The notes below the pieces were generated by a model that was given only the letters and a program-made list of their open reading frames with translations, made no database searches and was not told the DNA's origin. A stretch of DNA of 64,000 nucleotides from an uncultured Gemmatimonadales bacterium. GTDB lineage: Bacteria; Gemmatimonadota; Gemmatimonadetes; Longimicrobiales; RSA9. The DNA lies in assembly GCA_963708135.1 (NCBI GenBank), contig OY970192.1:4416001-4480000 (forward strand). The letters are read 5' to 3'. Positions 22,038-31,155 of the stretch are shown here, piece after piece. The position numbers and the translations under genes are program-made. Positions within the stretch are counted from its first letter, which is position 1. Each line of letters begins with the position of its first letter.

Positions 22038-24850
22038 TACTTCATCCTCACCGCCTTTCCCGTCCCATAGTAGATGCCGTTGAACAGGAACTTGAAGGTC
22101 CCCGCCGGCTGGCCGCGGAAGGTGATCTCGGGCGCGAACAGGAAGAGGTGCCCCTTGCCGACGGGCGCTTCCGCCGCCTCGACCCCGCCGTTGAGGAAGC
22201 TCTCGCCCCACGCCCAGCCGCTCACCAGCGGCGTGGCGCTGTCGAACCAGGCGATCGGGCGGACCCCCCCCGCGCCCTGGCCCAGCCGCATCACCGGGCT
22301 GTGGTCGAAGAAGATGTCGAGGGGATCGGCCATCCCGGCCGTGAGCGGGTCGGTTTCGTCCAGGCGGACGGAGAGGATCGAGCCGGGAACGTAGAACTTC
22401 GAGCTCGGCAGGCGGCGCTCCTTGCCGTCCTTGCCCGGCTCGACCAGCGCGTCCGCGACCGGCAGGCCGAGGTGGCGTGCGAGCACCGTGGAGCTCCCCT
22501 CCGTGATGATGGTCCCGCCGTCCCGGAGGAACCGCTCGAGTTGCGGCACGGTGGTGTCCACCGAGACCTGCCCGAGCCAGGGCCGGTACTGCGCCGGGAT
22601 GGTGGCAGAGTCCGGTTGTCCGCCGAAGCTGCCGCGGCCGCCCCGGTCCGAGCGCTCGCCCGACGGGATGGCGCCGTCCACGAAGACCAGCACGTCGAAC
22701 TTCTTGGCCAGCTTGCCCGCGTCGAGCTCCCGCGCGAACACCTGCCGGAACTGGAAGCCGTAGCGCTCGAAGAGGAAGCGCGTCCAGCCGGACGGCTGCG
22801 AGCCGCCGTAGCGGTCCCACAGCCCGATCCGCACCGGCCGCAGCCTGATCGCCTCGCCGCGCGGCTTCGCGCTCGTCCCCGTGAAGTCGAGCCCCCTGTC
22901 CGCCGCGATCTTCTCGAGCAGCGAGCGCGTCCCGGAACCGGCCGGGATGTAGAACGTGCCCCGCTCCACCGCCTGGCCGGCGACGGTGGCGCCGGCGCGC
23001 AGCCAGTACACGTCCTGCTTCGCGGCGAGCAGCCGGTTCACGGCGTAGAACGCCGCGTTGGCGCGGTGATCGAGCAGGTACCCGCTGGCGCCCGCCACGC
23101 CGGTGACATGGCCGGCGGGCGGCGCGATGTCGACCCCCTCGATCGGCTCGAACGGCCCGTCGAAGCCGTCCAGCACGCGGTCGAAGTGGACGCCCATCTG
23201 GAGGGCGAGCGTGTAGCCGGCGTTGTCGTACGGCGGCTTCGGCGGCGCGCCCGGGTAGGGGATGTCGTTCGGGTGGTGCTGCGGCTCGAACATGTCGAGG
23301 ACGTGCGGCCGGAACGCCTGGTCCGTCTTCACCGCGTACGAGCCGGCGGGATAGTGCCTGCCCGCCACCTCGAAGTCGCTCTTCGCGCGCAGCACCTGCA
23401 CCCCGTTGTCGAGCAGCGAGTTGACGAAGCGGGTGGCGGTGATGAAGTCCGGCTGGTCCGAGGGCAGGATGTAGCCACGCGGGTCGCGGGCCGCAGGCTC
23501 GCGGAACAGGGCGGTGAACTGCGGCGTCGCCAGGGTGTCCGGCCGCCGCCCGAAGTAGTCCGCTTCGCCGGGAGCCCGCTTGTTGTCCGCATCGGCCACC
23601 GCCTCGGCCGCCTCGACCGTCGCCGCCGTCGTCGTCCAGTGGTCGGTGCTGCCGCGCTCGATAGAGTTCTTCCCCATCCGGTAGATGTTAAAGAGGAAGT
23701 GCTCCCGGAAGCGCGCCGCCAGGTCGAGCACCGCCCGGTCCGCGGTCAGCTCGTACGCCAGCGACTGCGCGAAATGCCACGGCTGCGGCTGGATCGGATC
23801 CAGCATGTCCGCCTTCGGCAGCTGCCGCGCCGGCACGAACGGGATGTGGATCGGCGTCGGGTTGCCGATCGTCTCCGTCAGCAGCCCGATCATGTTGTGG
23901 AAGTACGCCTCCGTCCGCAGCCCCCCGTTCCACCACGTCGAGTACGACGAGCCCGTCCGCACGGTCACGCCCGGCATGTCGTGCGCGATGAAGCTCGTCT
24001 GCATCGCCGCGCCGACCAGGTCGATCCCCGAGATGACCAGCGGGTCGATGTTGTAATTGAACGGATCGCGGAACGGCGGCGCGAACATCACCGCCCCCTC
24101 CGGACCCGTCTGATGATGGTTGTAGATGATCTGCGGGTACCACGTCCGGTAGGCGATCCGATTCATGTTCTGCGTCTCGGGCAGCGCCGAGAGGTAGAAG
24201 TCCCGGTTGTTGTCGTGCCCCGCGTACTTCTCGTACAGCCGCGGAATGCCCGACGTCAACCGATCCTCCAGCACCGGATTCCGGTTGTACCAGTCCGAGA
24301 CCAGGTCCATCCCGTCCGGATTGGCGTGCACCGCCAGGAGGATCACGTTGTCCAGGATCCGCTGCGTCTCCGGGTCGTTCCGGCTCACCATCTCGTAGAC
24401 CAGCTCGATCAGCTGCTCCGCGCCCAGAACCTCCGTGGCGTGCAGCCCGCCGTCGATCCACACCACCGCCTTCCCCTCCTTCGCCAGCGCCCGCGCCTCC
24501 TCGTCCGTCAGCCCCTTCGCCAGCGCCACCCGCTGCGCGATGTCGCGGTAGTGCGCCAGCTGCTTCTGGTTCGCCGGCGACGTGATGATCGCCATCAGCT
24601 GCCGGCGCCCCTCCGCCGTCGGCCCGATGTCGCGCAGCACCATGCGGTCCGACTCCGACGCCAGCGTCTTCCAGTACGCAGCCAGCTGCTGGTAGTTGGC
24701 CAGATGGTAGTCGGCGCCGATGTCGAAGCCGAACGCCTCCTTCGGCGTCGTGATGCGGGTCTGCGCCCGCAGCCCCGGCACCGAGGCAGCCAGGAGCAGC
24801 AGCAGCGAGAGCGCGGTCCGGCCGGCGGCCGGTGCCCTGCGAGAATGCAT
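22037..24850 (-). CDS. Secreted M14-family zinc carboxypeptidase-like protein
   Basis: Signal peptide, IDGGLHATE (HxxE), NPDG, HDNNRD, YNHHQ. Confidence 0.88.
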   Translation of the reverse strand: MHSRRAPAAGRTALSLLLLLAASVPGLRAQTRITTPKEAFGFDIGADYHLANYQQLAAYWKTLASESDRMVLRDIGPTAEGRRQLMAIITSPANQKQLAHYRDIAQRVALAKGLTDEEARALAKEGKAVVWIDGGLHATEVLGAEQLIELVYEMVSRNDPETQRILDNVILLAVHANPDGMDLVSDWYNRNPVLEDRLTSGIPRLYEKYAGHDNNRDFYLSALPETQNMNRIAYRTWYPQIIYNHHQTGPEGAVMFAPPFRDPFNYNIDPLVISGIDLVGAAMQTSFIAHDMPGVTVRTGSSYSTWWNGGLRTEAYFHNMIGLLTETIGNPTPIHIPFVPARQLPKADMLDPIQPQPWHFAQSLAYELTADRAVLDLAARFREHFLFNIYRMGKNSIERGSTDHWTTTAATVEAAEAVADADNKRAPGEADYFGRRPDTLATPQFTALFREPAARDPRGYILPSDQPDFITATRFVNSLLDNGVQVLRAKSDFEVAGRHYPAGSYAVKTDQAFRPHVLDMFEPQHHPNDIPYPGAPPKPPYDNAGYTLALQMGVHFDRVLDGFDGPFEPIEGVDIAPPAGHVTGVAGASGYLLDHRANAAFYAVNRLLAAKQDVYWLRAGATVAGQAVERGTFYIPAGSGTRSLLEKIAADRGLDFTGTSAKPRGEAIRLRPVRIGLWDRYGGSQPSGWTRFLFERYGFQFRQVFARELDAGKLAKKFDVLVFVDGAIPSGERSDRGGRGSFGGQPDSATIPAQYRPWLGQVSVDTTVPQLERFLRDGGTIITEGSSTVLARHLGLPVADALVEPGKDGKERRLPSSKFYVPGSILSVRLDETDPLTAGMADPLDIFFDHSPVMRLGQGAGGVRPIAWFDSATPLVSGWAWGESFLNGGVEAAEAPVGKGHLFLFAPEITFRGQPAGTFKFLFNGIYYGTGKAVRMK

Positions 24851-25065
24851 GGTCCGTCTCCTTCAGTGGGATCGACCGAATCGTGACAGGTGGGGTTCCC
24901 TAGGATGGCGCCTGCCCTCCCCTCGGTCAATACAGCCCGCGTGCGTTCGCAGCTACGAGGCGCACCGGGTGCGCGGGCTCGAGGAGGCTAGCCGGGCGCC
25001 GCACCGGATCCCGCCCGCCCAGGTCGCCGAATGCGAACGCAGACGTGGAAGGGGTGCACCGGTTG

Positions 25066-25179
25066 ATGGAGGAAGAGTTCTTCGACCTGGAGACGCCGTC
25101 GGAGAGCTGGGTCATGATGTGCCCGTACTTGACGCCCCGGAGCCTCCCGCCGCTGGACCTTCGCTCCAATCATTGTTAA
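25066..25179 (+). CDS. Possible small protein (37 aa): MEEEFFDLETPSESWVMMCPYLTPRSLPPLDLRSNHC
   Basis: High GC3 over the first 30 codons, purine-rich GAAGGGG upstream, followed by a terminator-like hairpin. Confidence 0.35.
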   Translation: MEEEFFDLETPSESWVMMCPYLTPRSLPPLDLRSNHC

Positions 25180-25204
25180 CTTACAGTGCTGAGCAGCCTC
25201 GTCT

Positions 25205-25245
25205 CACCGGGACCCGGGCGGCCCCCGCGTTCCGGTGGTTTTTTT
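25205..25245 (+). terminator. Terminator-like hairpin plus U7 directly upstream of rpsU
   Basis: CACCGGGAC.CGGG-loop-CCCG.GTTCCGGTG then GTTTTTTT. Confidence 0.65.
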
Positions 25246-25266
25246 CGAATTCGGGAAGGAGCGGAC

Positions 25267-25461
25267 ATGATCGAAGTCAAGCTATCGGAAAGCGATCGAC
25301 TGGATTGGGCGCTGAAGCAGTTCCGGCGCAAGCTGATTCGTTCCGGACTGTTCCGGGACATCAAGAGGAAGCGGTTCTACGAGAAGCCGAGCGAGGCGCG
25401 CAAGCGCAAGTCGGCGGCGGCGCGGCGGCGTAACGCGCGGGCGCGGCGGCGTCGGAGCTGA
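25267..25461 (+). CDS. rpsU: 30S ribosomal protein bS21
   Basis: LDWALKQFRRK..RSGL..DIKRKRFYEKPSE.RKRK; AAGGAG SD; 64 aa. Confidence 0.93.
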   Translation: MIEVKLSESDRLDWALKQFRRKLIRSGLFRDIKRKRFYEKPSEARKRKSAAARRRNARARRRRS

Positions 25462-25485
25462 GGCCGGCGGGCGTGATGGACCGGC

Positions 25486-27375
25486 TCAGCCGAGGCCGAT
25501 GAGCTCGAGGAGCACGAGCGCGTTGGTGGAGGTGGCGAGGCCGGGCCGAAGCCGGTAATCGAAGGTCATCGGGGGCCCGTTGCCGTCCGGGTGGAGGGTT
25601 TCCGTGAAGTGCACGGCGCGCGCGGCGCCGGCGAGCTCCGCGGCCTCGGCGAGCGCGAGGTCGTGGGTCGTCACGGTGCCGATCGCCCCTTGCTGCAGCA
25701 GATGAGCGAGGATGCGGCGCGCGGCGATCTGCCGCTCCTCCGTGTTGGTCCCCTGCAGCATCTCATCGATCAGGTAGACGAGGCGCCTGCCTTCCCGCCG
25801 TGCGGCATCCGCGGCATCCACGATCGACTTCAGCCGCCTGAGCTCCGCCATGTAGCGGGAGATCCCGGCCTCGAGGGAGTCCTCGACGCGCACGCTGGAG
25901 TGCACCTGCACGGCGGGCATGCGGAGCGAGCGCGCACACGCGGGTCCGCCCGCCTGGGCGAGCACCAGGTTGGTGCCGATGGCGCGGAGCAGCGTGCTCT
26001 TGCCCGACATGTTGGAGCCCGTCACCAGCAGGAAGGTGCCGGGCGGTCCCACGGTGACGTCGTTCCGGACGCAGCGGCCGGGCGGGATGAGCGGGTGGCC
26101 GAGCGCTTCCGCGCGGACCTCCGTGCCGCCCTCCTCGTCGGGCTCGATCAGGACCGGGAGGCACCAGTCGGGGTGGTCGTGGCGGAGCGCCGCGAGCGCG
26201 GCCAGGCCGTCCGCGGTGCCGAGCGCATCCGCCCAGCGGGCGGCTCTCTCGGCGCCGATCCTGTCGCGCAGGTGCTCGATGGCGGCCGCCACGTGGAAGT
26301 CCCACATCGTGAGGAACTGCAGCGGGCCGTGGAGCATGGGGGAGAGGCGTGTGTCGGCGAGGTGCACCAGGCCGCGCAGCCGGCGCAGGAGCGAGACGGC
26401 CGGCCGCCCGTCGGCCGACAGCGAGTCCTGCACGTCCCGCAGGAGCGGCGCATCGAAGCGTGCGGCGGAGAGCGCCGCGAGCAGGGGGACGTAGTCCTGG
26501 AAGCGGCCGTCGGCGGCCGAGACGCCAGCGAGGCTGCGGTCGATGCGGCGGCGTAGCGCGAGCCGGAGCACGAAGCCGGCGCCCAGTGGATAGAGCCAGA
26601 GGCTCGACGGCACCGCTCCCGCGGCGGCGGCGGCCCCGAGCGCCACCGCGAGGGCCGGCAGGAGCCGGGTGGTCCAGAGGAGCGCGGGGCGCGCCGTCAG
26701 CCACGGCGGCTGCGCGGCCCACGTCGTGAAGCGGTCCACGACGGCCGCCGGGATCTCTCCGGCGAGACGGCCGTGCGCGGCGAGCTCGTCGCGGAGCTCG
26801 AGCCGGGGCGCCAGCTCCGCCACCGCCGCCTGCCTCGCCCGGACCACGTCCGGCGGCGCCGGTCCGAGCAGCCAGCGGGCGAGCGCCTCGCGGCCCGGCG
26901 CCGTGGACACGCTGGACAGCAGGCGCCAGAGCGAGCCGTGGCCGAACACGTCCAGGTCCACCGCGTAAGGGTGACCCTGCGGCGCCGCCGCGGGGCCGCG
27001 CGCCGGGAGCGCGTCCCACGCCCGCTCGAGCCGTGCGAGGCCCTCCCGCGCGAGCTCCGCCAGCGCCTCGAACCAGCGCTGCCGCGCCCGCGCCCGCCGG
27101 TGCAACCGCACGAGCGCGATGAAGGCGACGCCGAGGCCGCCGGCCGCCAGCGCGAGCAGCGCGCCGCCGCGGCCGCCGACGTCGTGGCTCCCGATGAGGG
27201 CCAGCAGGCCGAAGAGGAAGGTGGTTCCGCGCGTGGCCGAGAGCCGGCTCCCGCGCGCCGCCCACGCCGCGGCCTCCCGCTCGAACCGCTCCCGCCGCTC
27301 GCGGTACCGTGCGGCGGGGTCCGACTCGGGCCGCGGCTCGACGCGCGGCGCGGCCGCCGCTCGCTCGGCCGTCAC
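25486..27375 (-). CDS. MutS-related ATPase with N-terminal TM helices (ATPase domain only)
   Basis: HPYAVDLDVFG.GSL, LGHPLI, TGSNMSGKSTLLR, LIDEMLQGTN, VTTHDL, FDYRLRPG...TNA; GTG overlaps the symporter stop. Confidence 0.88.
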   Translation of the reverse strand: MTAERAAAAPRVEPRPESDPAARYRERRERFEREAAAWAARGSRLSATRGTTFLFGLLALIGSHDVGGRGGALLALAAGGLGVAFIALVRLHRRARARQRWFEALAELAREGLARLERAWDALPARGPAAAPQGHPYAVDLDVFGHGSLWRLLSSVSTAPGREALARWLLGPAPPDVVRARQAAVAELAPRLELRDELAAHGRLAGEIPAAVVDRFTTWAAQPPWLTARPALLWTTRLLPALAVALGAAAAAGAVPSSLWLYPLGAGFVLRLALRRRIDRSLAGVSAADGRFQDYVPLLAALSAARFDAPLLRDVQDSLSADGRPAVSLLRRLRGLVHLADTRLSPMLHGPLQFLTMWDFHVAAAIEHLRDRIGAERAARWADALGTADGLAALAALRHDHPDWCLPVLIEPDEEGGTEVRAEALGHPLIPPGRCVRNDVTVGPPGTFLLVTGSNMSGKSTLLRAIGTNLVLAQAGGPACARSLRMPAVQVHSSVRVEDSLEAGISRYMAELRRLKSIVDAADAARREGRRLVYLIDEMLQGTNTEERQIAARRILAHLLQQGAIGTVTTHDLALAEAAELAGAARAVHFTETLHPDGNGPPMTFDYRLRPGLATSTNALVLLELIGLG

Positions 27376-28715
27376 GGCCGCTCCGGCCCCAGGCCGGCCA
27401 CCGCGGGCGGCGAGCCCGCCGCGGACGGCGCGGGCGCCCGGGCCTGCGCGGGCACCGCGTCGCCTCCGCGGATGCGCCGGGCCAGGATCACGCCCACGGC
27501 CAGGTCCGCCGTGACGTTCGCGGTGGTGCGGAACATGTCGGGCACGGTGTTGACGCCCAGCAGCACGCCGATGCCCGCGGCGGGGACGCCGGCCGCCACG
27601 AGGACGGGGACGAGGATGATGATCGAGCCGCCGGGGATCCCCGGGATGCCGAAGGTCGCGATGACGGAGGTGACCGAGATGGTGGCGATCTGGGCCGCCT
27701 GGAGGTGGATCCCGTACAGCCGCGCGATGAAGAGGACGCCGATCATCTGTCCGAGCGCGCCCGCGATCCGGAAGGTGGAGGCGGCGAGCGGCAGATAGAA
27801 GGCGCCGATCTCGCGCGGCAGGCGGAGCCTCTCGTCGGCAGCCTCGATCATGGCGGGCAGCGAGGCCAGGGAGGAGCGCGAGCTGAACGCCACGGCCTGC
27901 GCCGGCGCCGCCGCGCGCGCGAACTCCCGCACGCGGATCCGGCCGAGTCCCGCCGCCAGCGGGTAGAGTGCGGCGATGCAGACGACCGCGACCACCACGA
28001 CCACGAGGACGTACCACGCGATGGCGCCCGCCGCGGCCAGACCGAGGCGCGTGGCCAGCGGCAGCGCGAGCGCGAACACGCCGAGGGGCGCGAGCGCGAG
28101 CACCCACCGGACCAGCACCAGCATGCCCTCCGCCACCCCCTCGATCCCGCGTACCACCGTCTCCCTCGCCTCCCCCCGGACACGCGTGAGCGCCAGGCCG
28201 AAGGCGAGCGAGAACAGGATCAGCGGCAGGAGCGCGCCGTCCGCCGCCGCCTTCACCGGATTGGGCGGAACGAGCCCGACGAGCCAGTCGCGGAAGCCGG
28301 GCACCGCGCCGGCGCCGCGCGCGGCCAGCTCCCCGCCGGAGGCGGCCAGCGCCCGCAGCCCCGCCGCCGCGCCGGGATCGATCGGCAGCAGGGCCATCAG
28401 CGGCGCGCCGATCGCCAGGGCCAACCCCGTCGCGGCGAAGAGCAGGAGCAGGAAGAGCGCGAGCGCCCCGCCGCCGAGCCGTCCGATCGTGCGCGGGTCG
28501 CGCGCGGAGGCCACGCCCGCCACCAGGCTGGACACGACCAGCGGGATCACGGTCATGCGGATGGCGTTCACCCACAGCGTGCCCACCGGCTCGACCGCGT
28601 CGCCGATGCGGAGCAGCGCCGGGCTGCCCGCGGCCGACAACGCCAGGCCGGCGCCGAGGCCCAGCACGAGCCCGAGCAGGACCCGGCCCGTCAGCGATCT
28701 GGGGAAAAGCTTCAT
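27372..28715 (-). CDS. Dicarboxylate/amino acid:cation symporter (DAACS, GltP-like)
   Basis: MTVIPLV, VPPNPV, AFSSRSSLASLP, PDMFRTTANVTAD. Confidence 0.9.
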   Translation of the reverse strand: MKLFPRSLTGRVLLGLVLGLGAGLALSAAGSPALLRIGDAVEPVGTLWVNAIRMTVIPLVVSSLVAGVASARDPRTIGRLGGGALALFLLLLFAATGLALAIGAPLMALLPIDPGAAAGLRALAASGGELAARGAGAVPGFRDWLVGLVPPNPVKAAADGALLPLILFSLAFGLALTRVRGEARETVVRGIEGVAEGMLVLVRWVLALAPLGVFALALPLATRLGLAAAGAIAWYVLVVVVVAVVCIAALYPLAAGLGRIRVREFARAAAPAQAVAFSSRSSLASLPAMIEAADERLRLPREIGAFYLPLAASTFRIAGALGQMIGVLFIARLYGIHLQAAQIATISVTSVIATFGIPGIPGGSIIILVPVLVAAGVPAAGIGVLLGVNTVPDMFRTTANVTADLAVGVILARRIRGGDAVPAQARAPAPSAAGSPPAVAGLGPERP

Positions 28716-28933
28716 GGCGGAGGTCTCCTGGATGGCGGCGCCCGGGGCGGCCCAAGCTTACGGCCCCCGCGGCCGCTGCGGCAAGCACGGGTGGGAGGTG
28801 CCGGCCCGGCGAAGCAGCTGCTCGCCCATGCCCGCTCGGCGTCGCCGCCGCTGCTTGCCGGGCGCGCGGCCGCCGGCCAGATTTTCCCCGCCGGCGCCCG
28901 GCCGGCACCCTCGACCTCGCGCCCGGACCCGCC

Positions 28934-29857
28934 ATGTCGCTCGCCCGAACGCTGCTGCTGCGCGCCTCCGAGAGCGCGCGCCTCCGCCGCGCCATCCCTC
29001 ACCTGCCGCTGGCCCGCCGCGCCGTCGCCCGGTTCATGCCCGGCGAGACGCTGGACGCCGCGCTCGATGCGGCGGCCCGGTTCGGGGAGGAGGGTATCCC
29101 CACGGTGCTCACCTCGCTCGGCGAGAACGTCACGAGCGAGGCCGAGGCCGACGCCGTCCGGGACCACTACGTCGATGCCGTGGAGCGCACGGCGGCCCGC
29201 GGCGTTGATGCTTACTTCTCCGTGAAGCCGACGCAGCTCGGGCTCGATCTCGGCGACGCCGGCGCGGCCGGCCGCATCGGCCGCGTGGCCGCGGCGGCGG
29301 CCGGGCAGGGCCAGCCTGTGTTCATCGACATGGAGGCGAGCCCCTACACCGAGCGCACGATCGCGCTCCTCGAGGCGCGCATCGGCGAGAACGACAATCT
29401 CGGCCTCTGCCTGCAGGCCTACATGCGCCGCACGCCCACCGACCTCGAGCGCGTGCTCGACCGCACCACCCGCATCCGGCTCGTGAAGGGCGCCTACAAG
29501 GAGCCGCCGAGCGTCACCCTGCAGTCCCGCGCCGAGATCGACGCCCGCTACCTCGAGCTCGCCCGCCGCATCCTCGAGCGGGCCGGCGAGCTCGGTGGAG
29601 CGGCGCCGGCGTTCGGCACCCACGACCTCGCCCTCGTGCGTCGCATCGCGGACGCCGCCGCGGAGATCGGCGTGCCCCGGGACGCCTTCGAGATCCAGAT
29701 GCTCTACGGCATCAGGCCCGAGGACCAGCGCCGCTTAGCGGCCGAAGGGTTCCGCCTGCGCGTCCTCATCAGCTACGGCAGCGCCTGGTATCCCTGGTTC
29801 ATGCGACGCCTCGCCGAGAAGCCCTCCAACCTCCTCTTCGTGCTGCGCCGCGGCTGA
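28934..29857 (+). CDS. Monofunctional proline dehydrogenase
   Basis: RFMPGE, SVKPTQLGL, IDME, LQAY, RLVKGAY.EP, FGTHD, QMLYG, YG..WYPWFMRRLAEKP.N. Confidence 0.93.
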   Translation: MSLARTLLLRASESARLRRAIPHLPLARRAVARFMPGETLDAALDAAARFGEEGIPTVLTSLGENVTSEAEADAVRDHYVDAVERTAARGVDAYFSVKPTQLGLDLGDAGAAGRIGRVAAAAAGQGQPVFIDMEASPYTERTIALLEARIGENDNLGLCLQAYMRRTPTDLERVLDRTTRIRLVKGAYKEPPSVTLQSRAEIDARYLELARRILERAGELGGAAPAFGTHDLALVRRIADAAAEIGVPRDAFEIQMLYGIRPEDQRRLAAEGFRLRVLISYGSAWYPWFMRRLAEKPSNLLFVLRRG

Positions 29858-29875
29858 GCACCCCGCGCACGCGAA

Positions 29876-29914
29876 GACGGCGGCGCCGCGGGACCAGCCC
29901 GCGGCGCCGCCGTC
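29876..29914. terminator. Perfect 17-bp GC hairpin between convergent genes (probable terminator)
   Basis: GACGGCGGCGCCGCGGG-accag-CCCGCGGCGCCGCCGTC. Confidence 0.7.
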
Positions 29915-29938
29915 GCCTTTCGCGCCTCGCTTCGGCGG

Positions 29939-30754
29939 CTACTGCGTCCGGAAATCGACCGGCAGCGCCACCCACACCGGCACCTTCTGGTCCCGGTTCA
30001 GCGCCGGACTGAACTTCATCACGTCCGCGACCTTGAGGGCCGCCTCGTCCAGCGCGTCGTGGCCGCTCGACTTCTTGATCTGCGTCTTCACGACCTTGCC
30101 GTTCTCGTCGATCAGGAACCAGACCAGCACCGTCCCGCCCACGCCCGCGTCCCTGAGCAGCGGCGGGTAATCCCGCTGCAGCGCGCTCTGCACCTCCGAG
30201 CGGTTCTTCAGCCGCGGTGCCACGGTGTACGGCGTGAACGTCGGCGCCGCGCCGACATCCTCGGCCGTCACCTTCGTCTGCCCCGTGGGCGTGCCGTTCG
30301 CGCTCCCGCCGACCGCCCCCTCGCCCGTGAAGTCCGCCGGGTTCGTCGTCGGCGCCGCCGTCGGCGGCGGGATCACCGGCATCACCACTTTCGGCGGCGC
30401 CAGCGTCTTGAATCCCTTGGGCGTCGCCTTCGGCACCACCGGCGCCTGCTGCGGCGGCGTCGGAGAGGGCGCCGCCTGCGGCGGCTTCGGGACATGGAGC
30501 TTCGGCGGCGCCGGCGGCGGCGGCTCCTTCGGGATGTTGTAGAGCGTGACCTCCTGCGGCTTCTCCTCCGTCGGCGTGGCCGCCTGCACCGTAGCCCAGA
30601 CCAGCAGCGCGATCACGGCGGCGTGAAATACCACCGCCACCGCCGAGGCCGCCGTCCTCGAACGACTCTCACGCGGCGGCCGGCTCGAGACCAGATGACT
30701 GAACATCCGCTTCTCGGGCGGTCTGCCGCCGTTCTCCGTTCCGTGTTCCGCCAT
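29939..30754 (-). CDS. tonB: TonB-family energy transducer
   Basis: TM helix with S..FH, Pro-rich linker, YPPLLRDAGVGGTV..WFLIDENG.V, SSG..LDEAA, PVWV.LPVDF. Confidence 0.88.
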   Translation of the reverse strand: MAEHGTENGGRPPEKRMFSHLVSSRPPRESRSRTAASAVAVVFHAAVIALLVWATVQAATPTEEKPQEVTLYNIPKEPPPPAPPKLHVPKPPQAAPSPTPPQQAPVVPKATPKGFKTLAPPKVVMPVIPPPTAAPTTNPADFTGEGAVGGSANGTPTGQTKVTAEDVGAAPTFTPYTVAPRLKNRSEVQSALQRDYPPLLRDAGVGGTVLVWFLIDENGKVVKTQIKKSSGHDALDEAALKVADVMKFSPALNRDQKVPVWVALPVDFRTQ

Positions 30755-30856
30755 GCGCTCCCTCCTTGCTGCACGCTCTCGTCCCCGCGCCGCGCACGCT
30801 CCGCTCGGGACGTCCGCTTTCGCGCTGGGGTCCGCGGTTTCCGTATCCGTCCGAGG

Positions 30857-30907
30857 TGCAACAGGCGTGCCGCCGTAGTATCTAAGTCCCTATATAATAT
30901 ACACTTA
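30857..30907 (-). promoter_or_regulatory. Sigma54 promoter of tonB plus upstream AT-rich dyad (IHF-like)
   Basis: CGGCACG-CCTG-TTGCA (30872-30857); TAAGT-N15-ACTTA (30883-30907). Confidence 0.7.
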
Positions 30908-31155
30908 CGTGTCCTGCATGGGAAGGGGGGGCCATGCATCCGGCGGGGTGTTTTCTCGCGGGGGGCGGGTTCGTCGTCGGACTCTCTTCTCGCGGAGGGG
31001 GCGGCTCGGCCAACCTCGGCGGCTCTGCGCGAGAGAGAGGCACGCCGGCAGCTCCGGTAACGGGACCCCTCTTCGAGAGGAGGAGGCATGCCGGTAGCCT
31101 CGGGAACGCGGGGTGCGCGAGAGTGAGGTCGGCACCGCTCCGCCGATCCGGTAGG

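Noticed and set aside
25486..28995. 1169-aa ORF suggesting a giant MutS fusion
   Set aside because: The N-terminal half is an Arg/Gly/Ala-rich off-frame reading of the symporter gene; the real start is GTG 27375.
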